Shown in pieces: positions 1 through 10,317 of a stretch of DNA of 64,000 bases. Below the pieces are notes generated by a model. That model saw only the letters and a program-made list of their open reading frames with translations. It did not search any database and was not told the DNA's origin. Position numbers and translations under genes: made by a program. Position 1 is the stretch's first letter; every line of letters starts with the position of its first letter. This DNA is from Verrucomicrobiota bacterium (GTDB lineage: Bacteria > Verrucomicrobiota > Verrucomicrobiia > Limisphaerales > CANJXF01), in the NCBI GenBank assembly GCA_038214755.1, contig JBBQRQ010000009.1, positions 9,587-73,586 on the forward strand, given 5' to 3'.

Positions 1-771
1 GCGCGAGTCGAACTGGTCACCTTCACCGGAAGCGTCGCAGTAGGGAAGCGGTTGGCTACAACCGTCGGCTACAAACGTTTGGTGCTTGAGTTGGGCGGGA
101 ACGATCCATTGATTGTCCTGGAGGATGCGGACCTCGACCTGGCGGTGCGATTGGCTGCTGAGGGTTCTTTCCGTAACTCCGGACAACGATGCACCGCAGT
201 GAAAAGAATTTTAGTTCAGGAATCAATTCGAGCGAAGTTTATTGAAGGCTTGGTTCAGCTAACCCAGACCTACAAGTGTGGTAATCCTGCCGATCCTGCA
301 ACCTATGTCGGTACTGTCATTGACGAAGCAGCGGCCATCCATCTCCAAGGCCTGGTGAAAAAGGTAGTTGCGTCCGGAGCCAAAGTGCTATGCGGCGGAG
401 AACGACAAGGCGCTTTACTCGCACCTACTGTCATTACTGAAGTCCCGCGCGATTCCGAAATGGTAGTCTGCGAGTCGTTCGGCCCATTGGCCCCGGTCTT
501 GGGCGTTGCTGATTTGGATGATGCCATTGAGGTGGCTAACTCGACTGCCTACGGCCTTTCTGCCGGTGTAGTAACCAATAACCTGGCCTTGGCTACCAGG
601 GCGATCAAAAGACTTCGCGTCGGCACGGTGAACATCAATGAAGTTCCCGGGTATCGAATAGAAAATTCGCCGTTCGGCGGAATAAAAGATTCAGGCCTCG
701 GAGTCAAAGAAGGAGTCATCGAAGCTATGAAGTTAATGAGCACAGTAAAAACCTTCTCTATACCCTGGTAG
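1..771 (+). CDS. aldehyde dehydrogenase family protein, C-terminal ~256 aa (5' end lies outside the window)
   Basis: Frame 1 is open from nt 1 (..VTFTGSVAVGK..). ALDH motifs ELGGNDP, catalytic-Cys context GQRCTA and ENSPFGGIKDSGLG are present. Stop at 769-771. Confidence 0.85.
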   Translation, partial: ARVELVTFTGSVAVGKRLATTVGYKRLVLELGGNDPLIVLEDADLDLAVRLAAEGSFRNSGQRCTAVKRILVQESIRAKFIEGLVQLTQTYKCGNPADPATYVGTVIDEAAAIHLQGLVKKVVASGAKVLCGGERQGALLAPTVITEVPRDSEMVVCESFGPLAPVLGVADLDDAIEVANSTAYGLSAGVVTNNLALATRAIKRLRVGTVNINEVPGYRIENSPFGGIKDSGLGVKEGVIEAMKLMSTVKTFSIPW

Positions 772-774
772 AAG

Positions 775-2160
775 ATGAATTCGGAACCGCATTCGGAAAG
801 TTCCCTCGACCACCTTCGATCAGAAGGAGACATCAACCTCTCTCCTCACCGTCGGGCGTGGGCCGCTGAGAATATTGACGCCGAGACGCAACATTGGTTG
901 GAGGAGGATGCAAAATATTTTCTGCATCAATCTCTCTCCACTCCATGCCTCAATGTTCTGGCCGGATGCAAAGGCTCCGAGGTTATCGATCTTCAAGGCA
1001 GGAGGCTCCTCGATTTTCACGGGAACAATGTTCATCAAGTAGGGTTCAGTCATCCGCGTGTCATCGAAGCCATTACCCGGCAGATGAAAGAACTTTCTTT
1101 CTGCACGCGACGATACACCAATATTCCGGCGATCCAGTTGGCCAAAAAATTGGTTGAACTTGCCCCCGGTAATTTGAATCGCGTCCTATTCGCTCCGGGC
1201 GGAACCAGTGCCATCGGGATGGCATTGAAGCTCGCCCGCGTTGCCACTGGCAGGTTTAAAACGATCTCGATGTGGGACTCATTTCACGGAGCATCGCTCG
1301 ACGCGATTTCCGTAGGCGGTGAATCGCTCTTTCGCAGCGGAATCGGCCCGCTCCTGCCGGGCTGCGAACACGTGCCGCCGCCAGACAATCGCCACTGCCC
1401 CTTTGCCTGCGGAGTAGCCTGCAACCTGAAATGCGCGGATTATATCGAATACGTTTTAGCCAAAGAAGGCGACGTCGCCGCCGTCATTGCTGAACCGATT
1501 CGTAGCACGCCCTTTGTTCCACCACTGGACTACTGGAAAAAAGTGCGGGCCGCTTGTGACAAGCATGGCGCTTTGTTAATTTTTGACGAGATACCTCAGT
1601 GCCTTGGACGGACGGGGCGAATGTTTGCCTGCGAACACTTCGACATTGTGCCGGACATCCTTGTCATCGGCAAAGGTCTAGGTGGAGGCATCATGCCTTT
1701 CGCCGCGATGATTGCGCGAGAAGAGTTGAACGTAATGGCGGACCGCGCTCTCGGACACTACACCCATGAAAAGAATCCAGTCGCCGCTGCCGCCGCTCTC
1801 GCCACCATCGAAGTGATCGAGACAGAAGGCATCCTGGCGAACGTTCGTGCGCAAGGTGAATACGCTTTGCAGAGGTTGCGGGCCATGAAAGAAGAACATC
1901 AGTTGATCGGAGATGTGCGCGGTCTCGGATTGATGATAGGTGTTGAGTTAGTAACTAATCACAAGACCATGGAGCGCGCGGTCAATGAAGCGGAACAGGT
2001 GATGTATCGTTCACTCGCGAATGGGCTTAACTTCAAGTTGACTATGGGTAACATCATCACCTTGACTCCCGCATTGAATATCACTCGCCCGGAGATGGAG
2101 CGGGCTATGGACATTCTGGACTCCGCTATCCGCCAAGCTCGATCAGTCACTCAACGGTGA
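775..2160 (+). CDS. class-III (omega) PLP-dependent aminotransferase
   Basis: 461-aa ORF with an ATG 3 nt after the ALDH stop. Family-typical motifs LIFDEIPQCLGRTGRMFA, VIGKGLGGG (PLP-Lys context) and PGGTSAIGMALKLAR. Confidence 0.85.
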   Translation: MNSEPHSESSLDHLRSEGDINLSPHRRAWAAENIDAETQHWLEEDAKYFLHQSLSTPCLNVLAGCKGSEVIDLQGRRLLDFHGNNVHQVGFSHPRVIEAITRQMKELSFCTRRYTNIPAIQLAKKLVELAPGNLNRVLFAPGGTSAIGMALKLARVATGRFKTISMWDSFHGASLDAISVGGESLFRSGIGPLLPGCEHVPPPDNRHCPFACGVACNLKCADYIEYVLAKEGDVAAVIAEPIRSTPFVPPLDYWKKVRAACDKHGALLIFDEIPQCLGRTGRMFACEHFDIVPDILVIGKGLGGGIMPFAAMIAREELNVMADRALGHYTHEKNPVAAAAALATIEVIETEGILANVRAQGEYALQRLRAMKEEHQLIGDVRGLGLMIGVELVTNHKTMERAVNEAEQVMYRSLANGLNFKLTMGNIITLTPALNITRPEMERAMDILDSAIRQARSVTQR

Positions 2161-2182
2161 ACATTTTTCAGGGCTGAAGAAC

Positions 2183-2224
2183 TTCTCCCTCTCCTCGGAG
2201 GAGAGGGCCGGGGTGAGGTCGAGC
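2183..2224. repeat. 42-bp hairpin-containing intergenic repeat, copy 1 (ttctccctctcctcggaggagagggccggggtgaggtcgagc)
   Basis: Identical 42-mer recurs at 2440-2481. Contains the palindrome ccctctcctc/gaggagaggg. Begins 23 nt after the aminotransferase stop. Confidence 0.85.
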
Positions 2225-2285
2225 GTTTCTTTTCTGAATAGTTCCGGCAAAGAAGTTTTCATTGCAGGTCAGTTTAAGATTGTCC

Positions 2286-2322
2286 GCCCTCACCCTAACC
2301 CTCTCCCCCGAGGAGAGGGAAC
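2286..2322. repeat. same repeat family, inverted and diverged copy
   Basis: The reverse complement gttccctctcctcgggggagagggttagggtgagggc matches about 30 of 35 positions of the 2183 copy. Confidence 0.7.
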
Positions 2323-2439
2323 AGCTATTGGCGCCTCTCGAAAGTTTGCGGTTTGTTGTATCATTCCCGCCTCCGGGTTAGTCGCGAGAAGAACTGCACA
2401 AAAACCAAGCGCATCCGAATTACCAAAACGCGGCGAAGA

Positions 2440-2481
2440 TTCTCCCTCTCCTCGGAGGAGAGGGCCGGGGTGAGGTCGAGC
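2440..2481. repeat. 42-bp hairpin-containing intergenic repeat, copy 2
   Basis: Exact 42/42 match to 2183-2224. Confidence 0.85.
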
Positions 2482-2801
2482 TTTTTTTCACTGAATGGTT
2501 CCCGCTTATGCTATCAGCGCAGTCGCGCTTCTAACTCGGTTGGCAGGAAATCTTTGGTGACGGCAAAGAATTTTCCGAGGTTGACCTGGACAGCACTGGA
2601 TGTGGGTGAATGGTTTTAGGAAATCGCGAATCAGAGTTTACCTACAGAATCGTTCTCCGATGTTCACACTTTTTTCCCTGGCGGAGCGGGCTGGAAGCGC
2701 TGCGACGCGGCACATCAAAACCCGATTACCGTTCTGGGTTGATCGCCAATTTGAATAACACCTTTCCATTAGTTCGGCTTGCAAAAATTTCCGCAGCTTC
2801 T

Positions 2802-5506
2802 ATGATTACGATCATGTTTTCTCCCCACTTCTCCAGGACGCCGCTCTTTTTGATGAGCTTCCTGACTTTAGCATTTAATGCCTGGACGCAACTGTCACCG
2901 GAAATCATCCAACAGCCGCAAAGTCAATCTGCCGTGCCGGGTAGTATGGTCATTTTCAATGTCTCTGCCTCGGGACCGCGCCCCTCTCTTTTCAATGGAG
3001 GTCCAACAGCCTCTCAATTTTTAACGAAACCAACTCTTCATTTACCATCGCGAGTGTTACAACAAATGACACTGCTAACTACACCGTTCGCGTTGCCAAC
3101 AATTATGGATCTATCACGAGCCAGCTTGCTACCTTGATTGTTTACGTCGCTGCGACAATCACTGTTCAACCTCAAAGCCAGACCAACAATCAGGGAAGCA
3201 ATGTTACCTTCACCGTCACCGCGACTGGCTCGTCCCCGTTGAATTACCAATGGAAGAAGGATGGAACCAATCTCTCGGGCGCAACACTTAATGGCTACAG
3301 CATCATTAACCTGCAGCCCAGCGACTCCGGGACCTATTCAGTGTCTGTCGGTAATCCCGCAGGAACGGCGAATAGCGCTCCCGCCATCCTATCTGTTCGC
3401 GTCAAGCCAGCATTCATAACCCAACCCCAGAGCCAAACCGTTTTTGTGGGGCAGACCGCAAATTTTTCCACCAGCGCCTCCGGCACAGCACCATTTGGAT
3501 ATGCATGGTTCAAAGGCGGCCAGGCGATTGTGGGCGCAACAAATTCCAGCTACACCATTCCTAATGCGCAAGGAGGAGTCAACGCGGGTTCTTATAGTGT
3601 TATGGTCTCGAATGCGGCGGGAAGCGTCACCAGTTCCAATGCTCAATTGAGTTTCGTCGGCGCACCTGTCATCACCGTCCAACCCCAGTCCCGTAGCGTT
3701 GGCGAGGGTAGCAACACTACATTTAGTGTCACAGCAGGCGGCAACACGCCGCTATTTTTTCAATGGCGCAAAGACGGCACAAACATTCCGTTTGCCACCT
3801 CGGCAACCTATTCGATCACAGCAGTGCAAACGAATCACGCCGGGAGTTATTCGGTCATCATTACCAATAACGCCGGGTCGGTCACCAGCACGAACGCATC
3901 GCTGACTGTGCTGGCTTTTCCGCCTACTATTCTTGCGCAGCCGCAAAGCCGCAGCGCGGGGGTAGGAGGTAGCACAACATTTTCGGTCACCGCTGCTGGG
4001 GCCAGCCCATTACGGTACGAGTGGAGGAAAGACGGCGTCCCTCTGTCGGCAACTAACGCCACGCTGACTCTCACCAATCTAGCGTTTCAAGACGCCGGGG
4101 CTTATTCCGTTTTGATCACCAACAACTACGGCGGGATTACAAGTTCCATCGCGAACCTAGTCATAGGTATTTCACCGACATTTTCCTCGCAACCGTTCTC
4201 CCAAACCAGTTCTTTCGGCAGCACTGTTGTTTTTTCTGCCGAAATTTCCGGCAGTTCTCCCATCTATTTGCAATGGTATCGCGATGGCGCTGCTCTGGCG
4301 AGCGCCACCAATTCCAGTTTAACGATCCCCGACGCGCGGCCCTTGCATATCGGCGCGTACAGTGTCAGCGCCAGCAATACTTTCGGAAGCATTCTCAGCT
4401 CGAATGCGTTATTGAATCTGTCCGGTTATGCTTTTGAAGATTGGCGCGGATTAGCGGCGTTCTATCCATTCAATGGGAACGCCGTTGATGAAAGCGGGTC
4501 TGGAAATGATGGCGTGATCAGTGGCGCAACACTTGTCTCCGACCGTTTTGGAGCGCTCTCCGCCTACTTTTTTAATGGTTCGGACAACGTCATCGATTTT
4601 GAAAGGGTCCCGATAACTCAGACCGACAATTGGTCGGTCTCCGCCTGGATTAATCCCGCCGCGCTCCCGCAGACCGGGGTAGCCGTCTCGGTGGGATTTG
4701 ACAACGGCATCAATGGAGACGGTTTCGGTTTTGGCTTTGACGGTGCGTCAATCTGGAAGGGTATTTTCTCGGGAGTTACCTGGATGGGCAGCGGTTATTC
4801 TCCAATCAGCAATCAATGGTTTCATTCCATTATGATTCGAGAAGCAGGGGTCACGAAATTTTTCATCAATGGCGTTCAAACGGGTTTTTCCTATACCGTC
4901 AATCCCGCGCCGCCGACTCGCTTTTCCATCGGCTCACAAACGGGCGCGCGATTTTTTAACGGCGCGGTGGATGACGTTCGGATTTATGGTCGCGCATTGT
5001 CTTCAAATGAAATCCAGCGACTCTACTCGATAGAAGCTGATCTTCCTGTGATTACGCAGGCACCCCGAAACCTCGTAGTCTGGCAAGGCGCGACCGCAGT
5101 CTTTAGTGTCATTGCGACCGCGCAGCATTCTGCGGTCACCTATCAATGGCAAAAGAATGGTATTGCCATCTCCAACGCGAATACTTCGACGTTGACGATT
5201 CAAAATGTGCAACCCAATGCAACCGGCGTGTACACTGTTATCCTCGGCAATGCTCTTGGCGCAGTCACGACTCCGGCAGCCGCATTGTCTGTGGTCATTC
5301 CACGAGTTGACAGCCCAGCGATCACGCAAGGAAAGATGTCCTTTCAGATCCTCGGCTCACCGGGCAGCCAAGTGATTATTGAAGCCTCCGAAGACCTCCA
5401 AACCTGGGCACAAATTTTGACAACGAATCTGAGCAGCGGAACAAATATCATCATTGATTCTACTGGGCTGAATTTTCCTCAGCGGTTTTATCGTTTTCGA
5501 TATTAA
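2802..5506 (+). pseudogene. large secreted Ig-like-repeat / LamG surface protein interrupted by a 1-nt frameshift near 2972 (intact downstream ORF 3134-5506)
   Basis: ATG 2802 gives a signal-like N-terminus (MITIMFSPHFSRTPLFLMSFLTLAFNAWTQ) and a first Ig-like repeat (IIQQPQSQSAVPGSMVIFNVSASG). The repeat continues in the next frame (GTAPLSFQWRSN...TVRVANNYGSITS), which runs into ORF 3134-5506. There are seven 'QPQS..' Ig-like repeats, a LamG_3-like domain at about 4440-5030, and a C-terminal ..RFYRFRY tail. Confidence 0.6.
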
Positions 5507-5586
5507 CGACGGGCTAAAGTGTTTCCGATCGGATAATCGCCCTAATGGGTGAGCCCTTTATTTACGGCCTTCTTTCAACTGGCTAT

Positions 5587-7143
5587 TTACTCCTGCACAC
5601 CTACTCGATAGAAAAAGGGACCCACGCCCACTGCGTTGGTATCAATGTACGTGGTCGTGGTGCCTTGAGCGACAATGTTGCTTTGAATAGTTTCAAAAGC
5701 CGGTGGCGTGGCAAGCTCGATGGCGCGTTGGAGAAGATAGATTCGACCACTGATACTTTTCCAACTGATGGTGGCGCGTGTCAGAGTAGGATTGGGCGTG
5801 GCATTTGAAATTTTTAGAAACGAAAGTGCGTTCGTAGGGTTTGTGCCCGCTATCCATTCTTCCCAATTGTTCATGCCGTCTCCGTCGCCATCCGCGTAAT
5901 CTGCCGAGCCGTCAACCGGTAAACCATATTGCTCCGCCCAAAGGACCGAAAGAACGGAGACTGGCGATTGAAACTCATACGCGCCCATGTCCACCGTGCG
6001 CCCGGCAATGCGCGGGTTGCCGTCCAGGTCGGGACCCATCGGCGCATACGAATTCCTTCCAGAATTGATGCAGGGAGAATTGGATTGCAGATGGAAATCT
6101 CCCGTCGCCGGGTTTACGAACATGGGATCATTGGTCAGATTGCCCGACCCAGAAGGTAACGGCATGGTGCAACTATATTTGATGTTGGTCATCCCGGTTA
6201 CATAGTTCGGTGAGTTCGATGCAGTGTTGAAAAAGATAATCGAGTTACTCACTCCCGTGGAAATGGGTTCATCAAAAAAACGAGGAGCACCCGCTACCCC
6301 ACCGCCGCTCCCGGATGCTACGTTGCTGACCACCGTACAGTTATTCAAACTACCTCCATACGCGCCTCCGCCAATGAAGGCGGAATTATTGATGACCAAA
6401 CAATTATTCAATTGGCACGAGTAGGACCCGCCCCCATTAGGTTTTAGTGAAGGAAGAATGGGACCTCGCTCTAAAGCGGAATTGCCGCGCAATGTGCAAT
6501 TGCTCAAAACGCAATATGCTGCCCCGCCACCAACGTTGGCTGAGTTGCCGTCAAGCACGCAGTTTTTAAGAGTGACCCGGTATGCTCCGCCACCTTGTTC
6601 ATAAGCCGTATTGTTGATGACCATACAATTCGAAACCACGCCACCCGGCCCGAGAGGAACAAGCGGACTATAGACGCCCCCACCCGCAGCAGAAGCTTTA
6701 TAGAAACCTTGCGTTGGCTTGGAGGTAGCTCCATTAGTCAGCGTGAATCCAATCAAACTGGCGTCGTTTGTGAGATACACGCACCGGACGGCGTTGGTTC
6801 CGTAAATCGTGCCGGGTACCTGGTAACCTTCAATGATCGTTACGGCGGGGCCGTTCACACTTTGCACCGTTAACTTCTTGGTCACGGCGACGCGATTGCT
6901 CGTGCTGTAGGAACCTTCAGGTACGACTCTCGCTCCACTGTTGTAAACGCCATTGGTGACTAAAATTTGATCGTCGGTATCGGCACTATCGATGGCATCC
7001 TGGATGTTGGTTGCGGCACTGCTCCAGTCGGTGTAGGGTGCCGCCGGGCTGGTGCTGTTCAAGTCCACATAACGTACCGTGGCGGGAGCATTTTCCATTG
7101 CCAGTAACAAGCATGTTGCAATTAAATGAAACCGGATTTTCAT
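5587..7143 (-). CDS. secreted parallel beta-helix protein (choice-of-anchor-Q-like)
   Basis: Signal peptide MKIRFHLIATCLLLAMENAPA. Gly/Asn-rich beta-helix repeats (GGGAY.., NCxL.GNSA). Also motifs DLDGNPRIAGRTVDMGAYEF and DGDGDGMNNWEEWIAGTNPTN, and a C-terminal ..FFYRVGVQE tail. Confidence 0.7.
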   Translation of the reverse strand: MKIRFHLIATCLLLAMENAPATVRYVDLNSTSPAAPYTDWSSAATNIQDAIDSADTDDQILVTNGVYNSGARVVPEGSYSTSNRVAVTKKLTVQSVNGPAVTIIEGYQVPGTIYGTNAVRCVYLTNDASLIGFTLTNGATSKPTQGFYKASAAGGGVYSPLVPLGPGGVVSNCMVINNTAYEQGGGAYRVTLKNCVLDGNSANVGGGAAYCVLSNCTLRGNSALERGPILPSLKPNGGGSYSCQLNNCLVINNSAFIGGGAYGGSLNNCTVVSNVASGSGGGVAGAPRFFDEPISTGVSNSIIFFNTASNSPNYVTGMTNIKYSCTMPLPSGSGNLTNDPMFVNPATGDFHLQSNSPCINSGRNSYAPMGPDLDGNPRIAGRTVDMGAYEFQSPVSVLSVLWAEQYGLPVDGSADYADGDGDGMNNWEEWIAGTNPTNALSFLKISNATPNPTLTRATISWKSISGRIYLLQRAIELATPPAFETIQSNIVAQGTTTTYIDTNAVGVGPFFYRVGVQE

Positions 7144-7288
7144 TGTCCGCTCCTAAAGTAGTTGTTCTAAGAAGGAGTAGCTGCCTTCTCGGAATCTTTC
7201 TTACTTACCCTTCGGCCACTGCCAACTCTGCCACGACTCAACCAGCTTGTCCAGTTCTGCTATAAAATGTCTTTCTTACGTTACGGTG

Positions 7289-9646
7289 TTACTGATTCAG
7301 TTTTGCACTCGATTCGTCTTTGATGAAACCGTGGTAGAGTCCCATATAATAGGGTAGAAGAAAGACTGCGCCATCACCCAATTCGCTACCATTGCCACCG
7401 GTGTCCAAGACAAAGGGATTGTGGTTCCAATGGTAAAAGTATCGTTCGTCCACCGGAATGACTTTGCCGTTGACGCGATAACCAACCGGCCTGCGTCCCT
7501 TGGAGTAGGGATCGTCGGTTTGACGCATTAGAGGTATGATATCGAGTCGTTGTGTATTGGCGTGCCGCCAGTTGAACCGGTCGAGAGGGAATCGCTGCAA
7601 GGTATCGACCGAGTCTTCCAGCCATCCATCCCAAGGAGTAATGTCATGGGTGCCCCAAGGGTTGGTGTAGTTGCGGCCGACACCAAACGCCGCATAAGCA
7701 AAATTGAAAAACGGATTCATCTCTGGGAATTCCAGAATCCAATAAGAGAAGAACGAGTAGCCGGCTTCGTCCGTCAGCTTCTTGTCGTTGCCATACTTCA
7801 TCAGGTTGTAAAAACCCATGAACGCCATCTCGTCGTCAGAATGGTTTACAGAGCCAACACCTCTCTGGATTTTCGGGACCTTGAGGTTGGTGTCGTAGGC
7901 ATGTTTCTCCCTGAGCATGTTAATAAGCTGGCGGTATTTTGGATCGCCCGTGACGTGTTCGGAGGCGGCGAGATAGGAAAGAAGACTCAACGATTTCAGC
8001 CCGCGTTCCTCAGCCCAGAGTGGGTCGTGATTAAGCGAAGCAGGGTTGTAAACTGCCCAGCGCGTCGGGGTGCCATCGTGATCGACCAACGTGAAATCGT
8101 GACTGACGATGTGGTCCATCAGCCCGCTCATATGTTCGCGCACGCGCGACTTTTCCGCTTCGGTTTCGCAAACCAGATCGTAGTAGAGTGGGTAAAAGAA
8201 AAAGTGCCCATCAAGTTCGTCTGAACTGGTGTCGCTTTTCCAATACCATTTGCCGTCTTTGCTGGTCGGCCAACGCGGTTCGTAAATTTTCCATAGCGAA
8301 TCCTGGTTTTTCTTTTCCTGCCGATCTTGTTCCACTCGGCCGGTATTTGGATCGTGTCCGCTCGTTGGCAGAATCGTTCGCGCCACGTATCCCGGAGGCG
8401 GCGCATGTTGACCGCCCTGGGTTACTTCACCCAGCCAGCGCAACGCTTCAAACGCTTTTTGCGCCCGTTTTTTAGCCAACGGATTTTTCGTCGCACCATA
8501 AGCGAAACATTCTCCCGCGCCATACATACTCGTCCACAACCCGTCGTTGTCGCTGTCGCCTTGGGTTACTTGATTGGTTGTTCCCGGTTTCCCCACGGCC
8601 ACTTCCAAAATATATTCCCAAGGAGTGCGCCGATGAAACGCGTCAATTTGTTTTTCATAGATCGTCGCTTTTTCGGCAAGGGTCATGGGCTTGCGTTCGA
8701 TGACACTCAATCCCGCAGAAGTGGCGAACCACGCATCACCTTCCGGCGTCACGGCGATGCTGTTGACCACATCATTCGGCATCCACCGGCGGCCTTGCCG
8801 ATACTCCCAGTTGGTTCCGTCATAGCGGATCGCGCCCATTCGTGTGCCGAACCAAACCACGCCCTTCTCGGCAGCAGCCATTGTGGTGAAATCATTGTAG
8901 GGCAAACCTTCCGCGCCAGTGAATAGAGTCCAATGGTTGTCGAACCGACCTACCCCTTGCGGCGATGCGAACCACAAACGTCCTTCCGTGTCATAAGCCA
9001 CGCCACGCACGTTCACAGGTGCCCAACTGCGACCGTTTTTGTCAGCGGGAAAGAGTCGCGTCCATTTTTCGTTTGCCTCCTGCTGGAAAAGTCCCGAAGC
9101 CGCGCCCACCACGATGCGCGAGCCAATCGCAATTTGGAAAACGGAACGATTCTCGCCCAACAAATTATTCAGAGCAACCATAGGCTGCATGCTGCCGCCT
9201 GCCTCGAGAAACAAGCCTTGTTCGGTGGCGAGGTAAGTTTTTTCGCCAGCATTGAGAGAGTTCACTTTCACTCCGTGCGGCAAGGGAGCAATAGCTTTCG
9301 GTTTCTCTCCATCGAGCGAGAACAGTTGTTCGTTGGCCGCGAAGAAAATTTTTCCACGACCACTCGCGACCGCTTCTATTTGCGCATCGGCGGTTCCTTT
9401 AACCAACTCCCAAACACCATCGCTGAACCTTGCCAGTCCCTTTGCTGTTCCAGCGAAAACCGTTTTTCCATCCTGTGCGGCGACCGAAGTGATCGTGTCC
9501 GTCGGCAGACCATCGGCTGAAGTAAATTCCCGGCGCACCTCTTGTTTGAAAGTGCCGATGGTGATGGCGGGTGTTTCCGCTGATGAGCTAACATGGGAGA
9601 GCGATCCGACCAGGAGTAAGAGAAGCACTAAATTATTATTTCGCAT
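7289..9646 (-). CDS. secreted protein with an N-terminal beta-propeller (two-component-regulator-propeller-like repeats) and a C-terminal domain of unknown, possibly glycan-active, function
   Basis: Start chosen at MRNNNLVLLLLLVGSLSHVSSSA (ATG at 9646). Repeats GLARFSDGVWE, WFASPQGVGRFDNHW, VWFGTRMGAIRYDGTNWE, AWFATSAGLSVIE. The long ORF has no competing frame. Confidence 0.65.
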   Translation of the reverse strand: MRNNNLVLLLLLVGSLSHVSSSAETPAITIGTFKQEVRREFTSADGLPTDTITSVAAQDGKTVFAGTAKGLARFSDGVWELVKGTADAQIEAVASGRGKIFFAANEQLFSLDGEKPKAIAPLPHGVKVNSLNAGEKTYLATEQGLFLEAGGSMQPMVALNNLLGENRSVFQIAIGSRIVVGAASGLFQQEANEKWTRLFPADKNGRSWAPVNVRGVAYDTEGRLWFASPQGVGRFDNHWTLFTGAEGLPYNDFTTMAAAEKGVVWFGTRMGAIRYDGTNWEYRQGRRWMPNDVVNSIAVTPEGDAWFATSAGLSVIERKPMTLAEKATIYEKQIDAFHRRTPWEYILEVAVGKPGTTNQVTQGDSDNDGLWTSMYGAGECFAYGATKNPLAKKRAQKAFEALRWLGEVTQGGQHAPPPGYVARTILPTSGHDPNTGRVEQDRQEKKNQDSLWKIYEPRWPTSKDGKWYWKSDTSSDELDGHFFFYPLYYDLVCETEAEKSRVREHMSGLMDHIVSHDFTLVDHDGTPTRWAVYNPASLNHDPLWAEERGLKSLSLLSYLAASEHVTGDPKYRQLINMLREKHAYDTNLKVPKIQRGVGSVNHSDDEMAFMGFYNLMKYGNDKKLTDEAGYSFFSYWILEFPEMNPFFNFAYAAFGVGRNYTNPWGTHDITPWDGWLEDSVDTLQRFPLDRFNWRHANTQRLDIIPLMRQTDDPYSKGRRPVGYRVNGKVIPVDERYFYHWNHNPFVLDTGGNGSELGDGAVFLLPYYMGLYHGFIKDESSAKLNQ

Positions 9647-10317
9647 AGTGATGGAGCAATGTGGGATCAAGTGTTAGCAGCATTACGGTTCAGGCGAGGC
9701 GATTCAATCCGAAATAAACGGTGAAGAATTTAAGAGTCGGTTTGAAAACCCGGTGGGTAGCCTGCGGGCGTAGCGGCGGGCCTCCTGCCTGCCATAGAGC
9801 CGGGGCTTCCAGCCCGGCGGAAAAGACGTTCGCTTCCCGCCGGTCGTTGATTTCCCTGTTTGACTTCGGGTGTTCCACTCGACACCGATTACCTGGCGGA
9901 TCGAAAATTCACACCGCAAAGAGCTCACCAAACGTCCGCCGAATTTTTATCGAAAGGAGTTGGTGGAACTGCTTCCTCCGGGCGAACGGCAATTTGTCCG
10001 CATCAATACTCAACCGTTCATCCTCGATGGTGGCGATGGAGGGATGACTGAATTGCCGGGCGATGAATACCTCTTTGGCTACTGGCTCGGGCGGTATTTA
10101 GGTGAGATAAAATGAGTATTCGGCTGAAGCGCTACGTCTTGTTTCTGGCGCTGGGTGATAAAATCATGGTGCCATAGACTCTCAAAAATGGGCTAGGGCG
10201 GCTTCATTGGACAAAAACGGGATGTCTAAAAAACTTGCAAAAACCTAAAAGGCACCTACAGACTATGGTGCCAAAAAAACAACTGACCGGGCGAAAATTT
10301 GCACCAACTCAAAACCG

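Noticed and set aside
2213-2619. ORFs 2213-2473 and 2353-2619 in the gap after the aminotransferase
   Set aside because: They are largely encoded by the three hairpin-repeat copies (..PNPLPRGEG.., ..SPSPRRRGPG..). This is typical repeat-derived pseudo-ORF sequence.
2961-2980. Programmed ribosomal frameshift as the explanation for the split Ig-repeat gene
   Set aside because: I see no slippery heptamer or obvious downstream stimulatory structure. A 1-nt indel in a G run (an error, mutation or phase switch) is the simpler explanation.
9755-10115. Repeat-like stretch 9755-9830 (..cgtagcggcgggcctcctgcctgccatagagccggggcttccagcc..) and the 81-aa ORF 9870-10115
   Set aside because: The repeat-like stretch has no partner arm or second copy in this window, so I cannot support it as a repeat. 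The ORF has no recognisable motifs, an unconvincing start, and may be a gene remnant. I left it unannotated.
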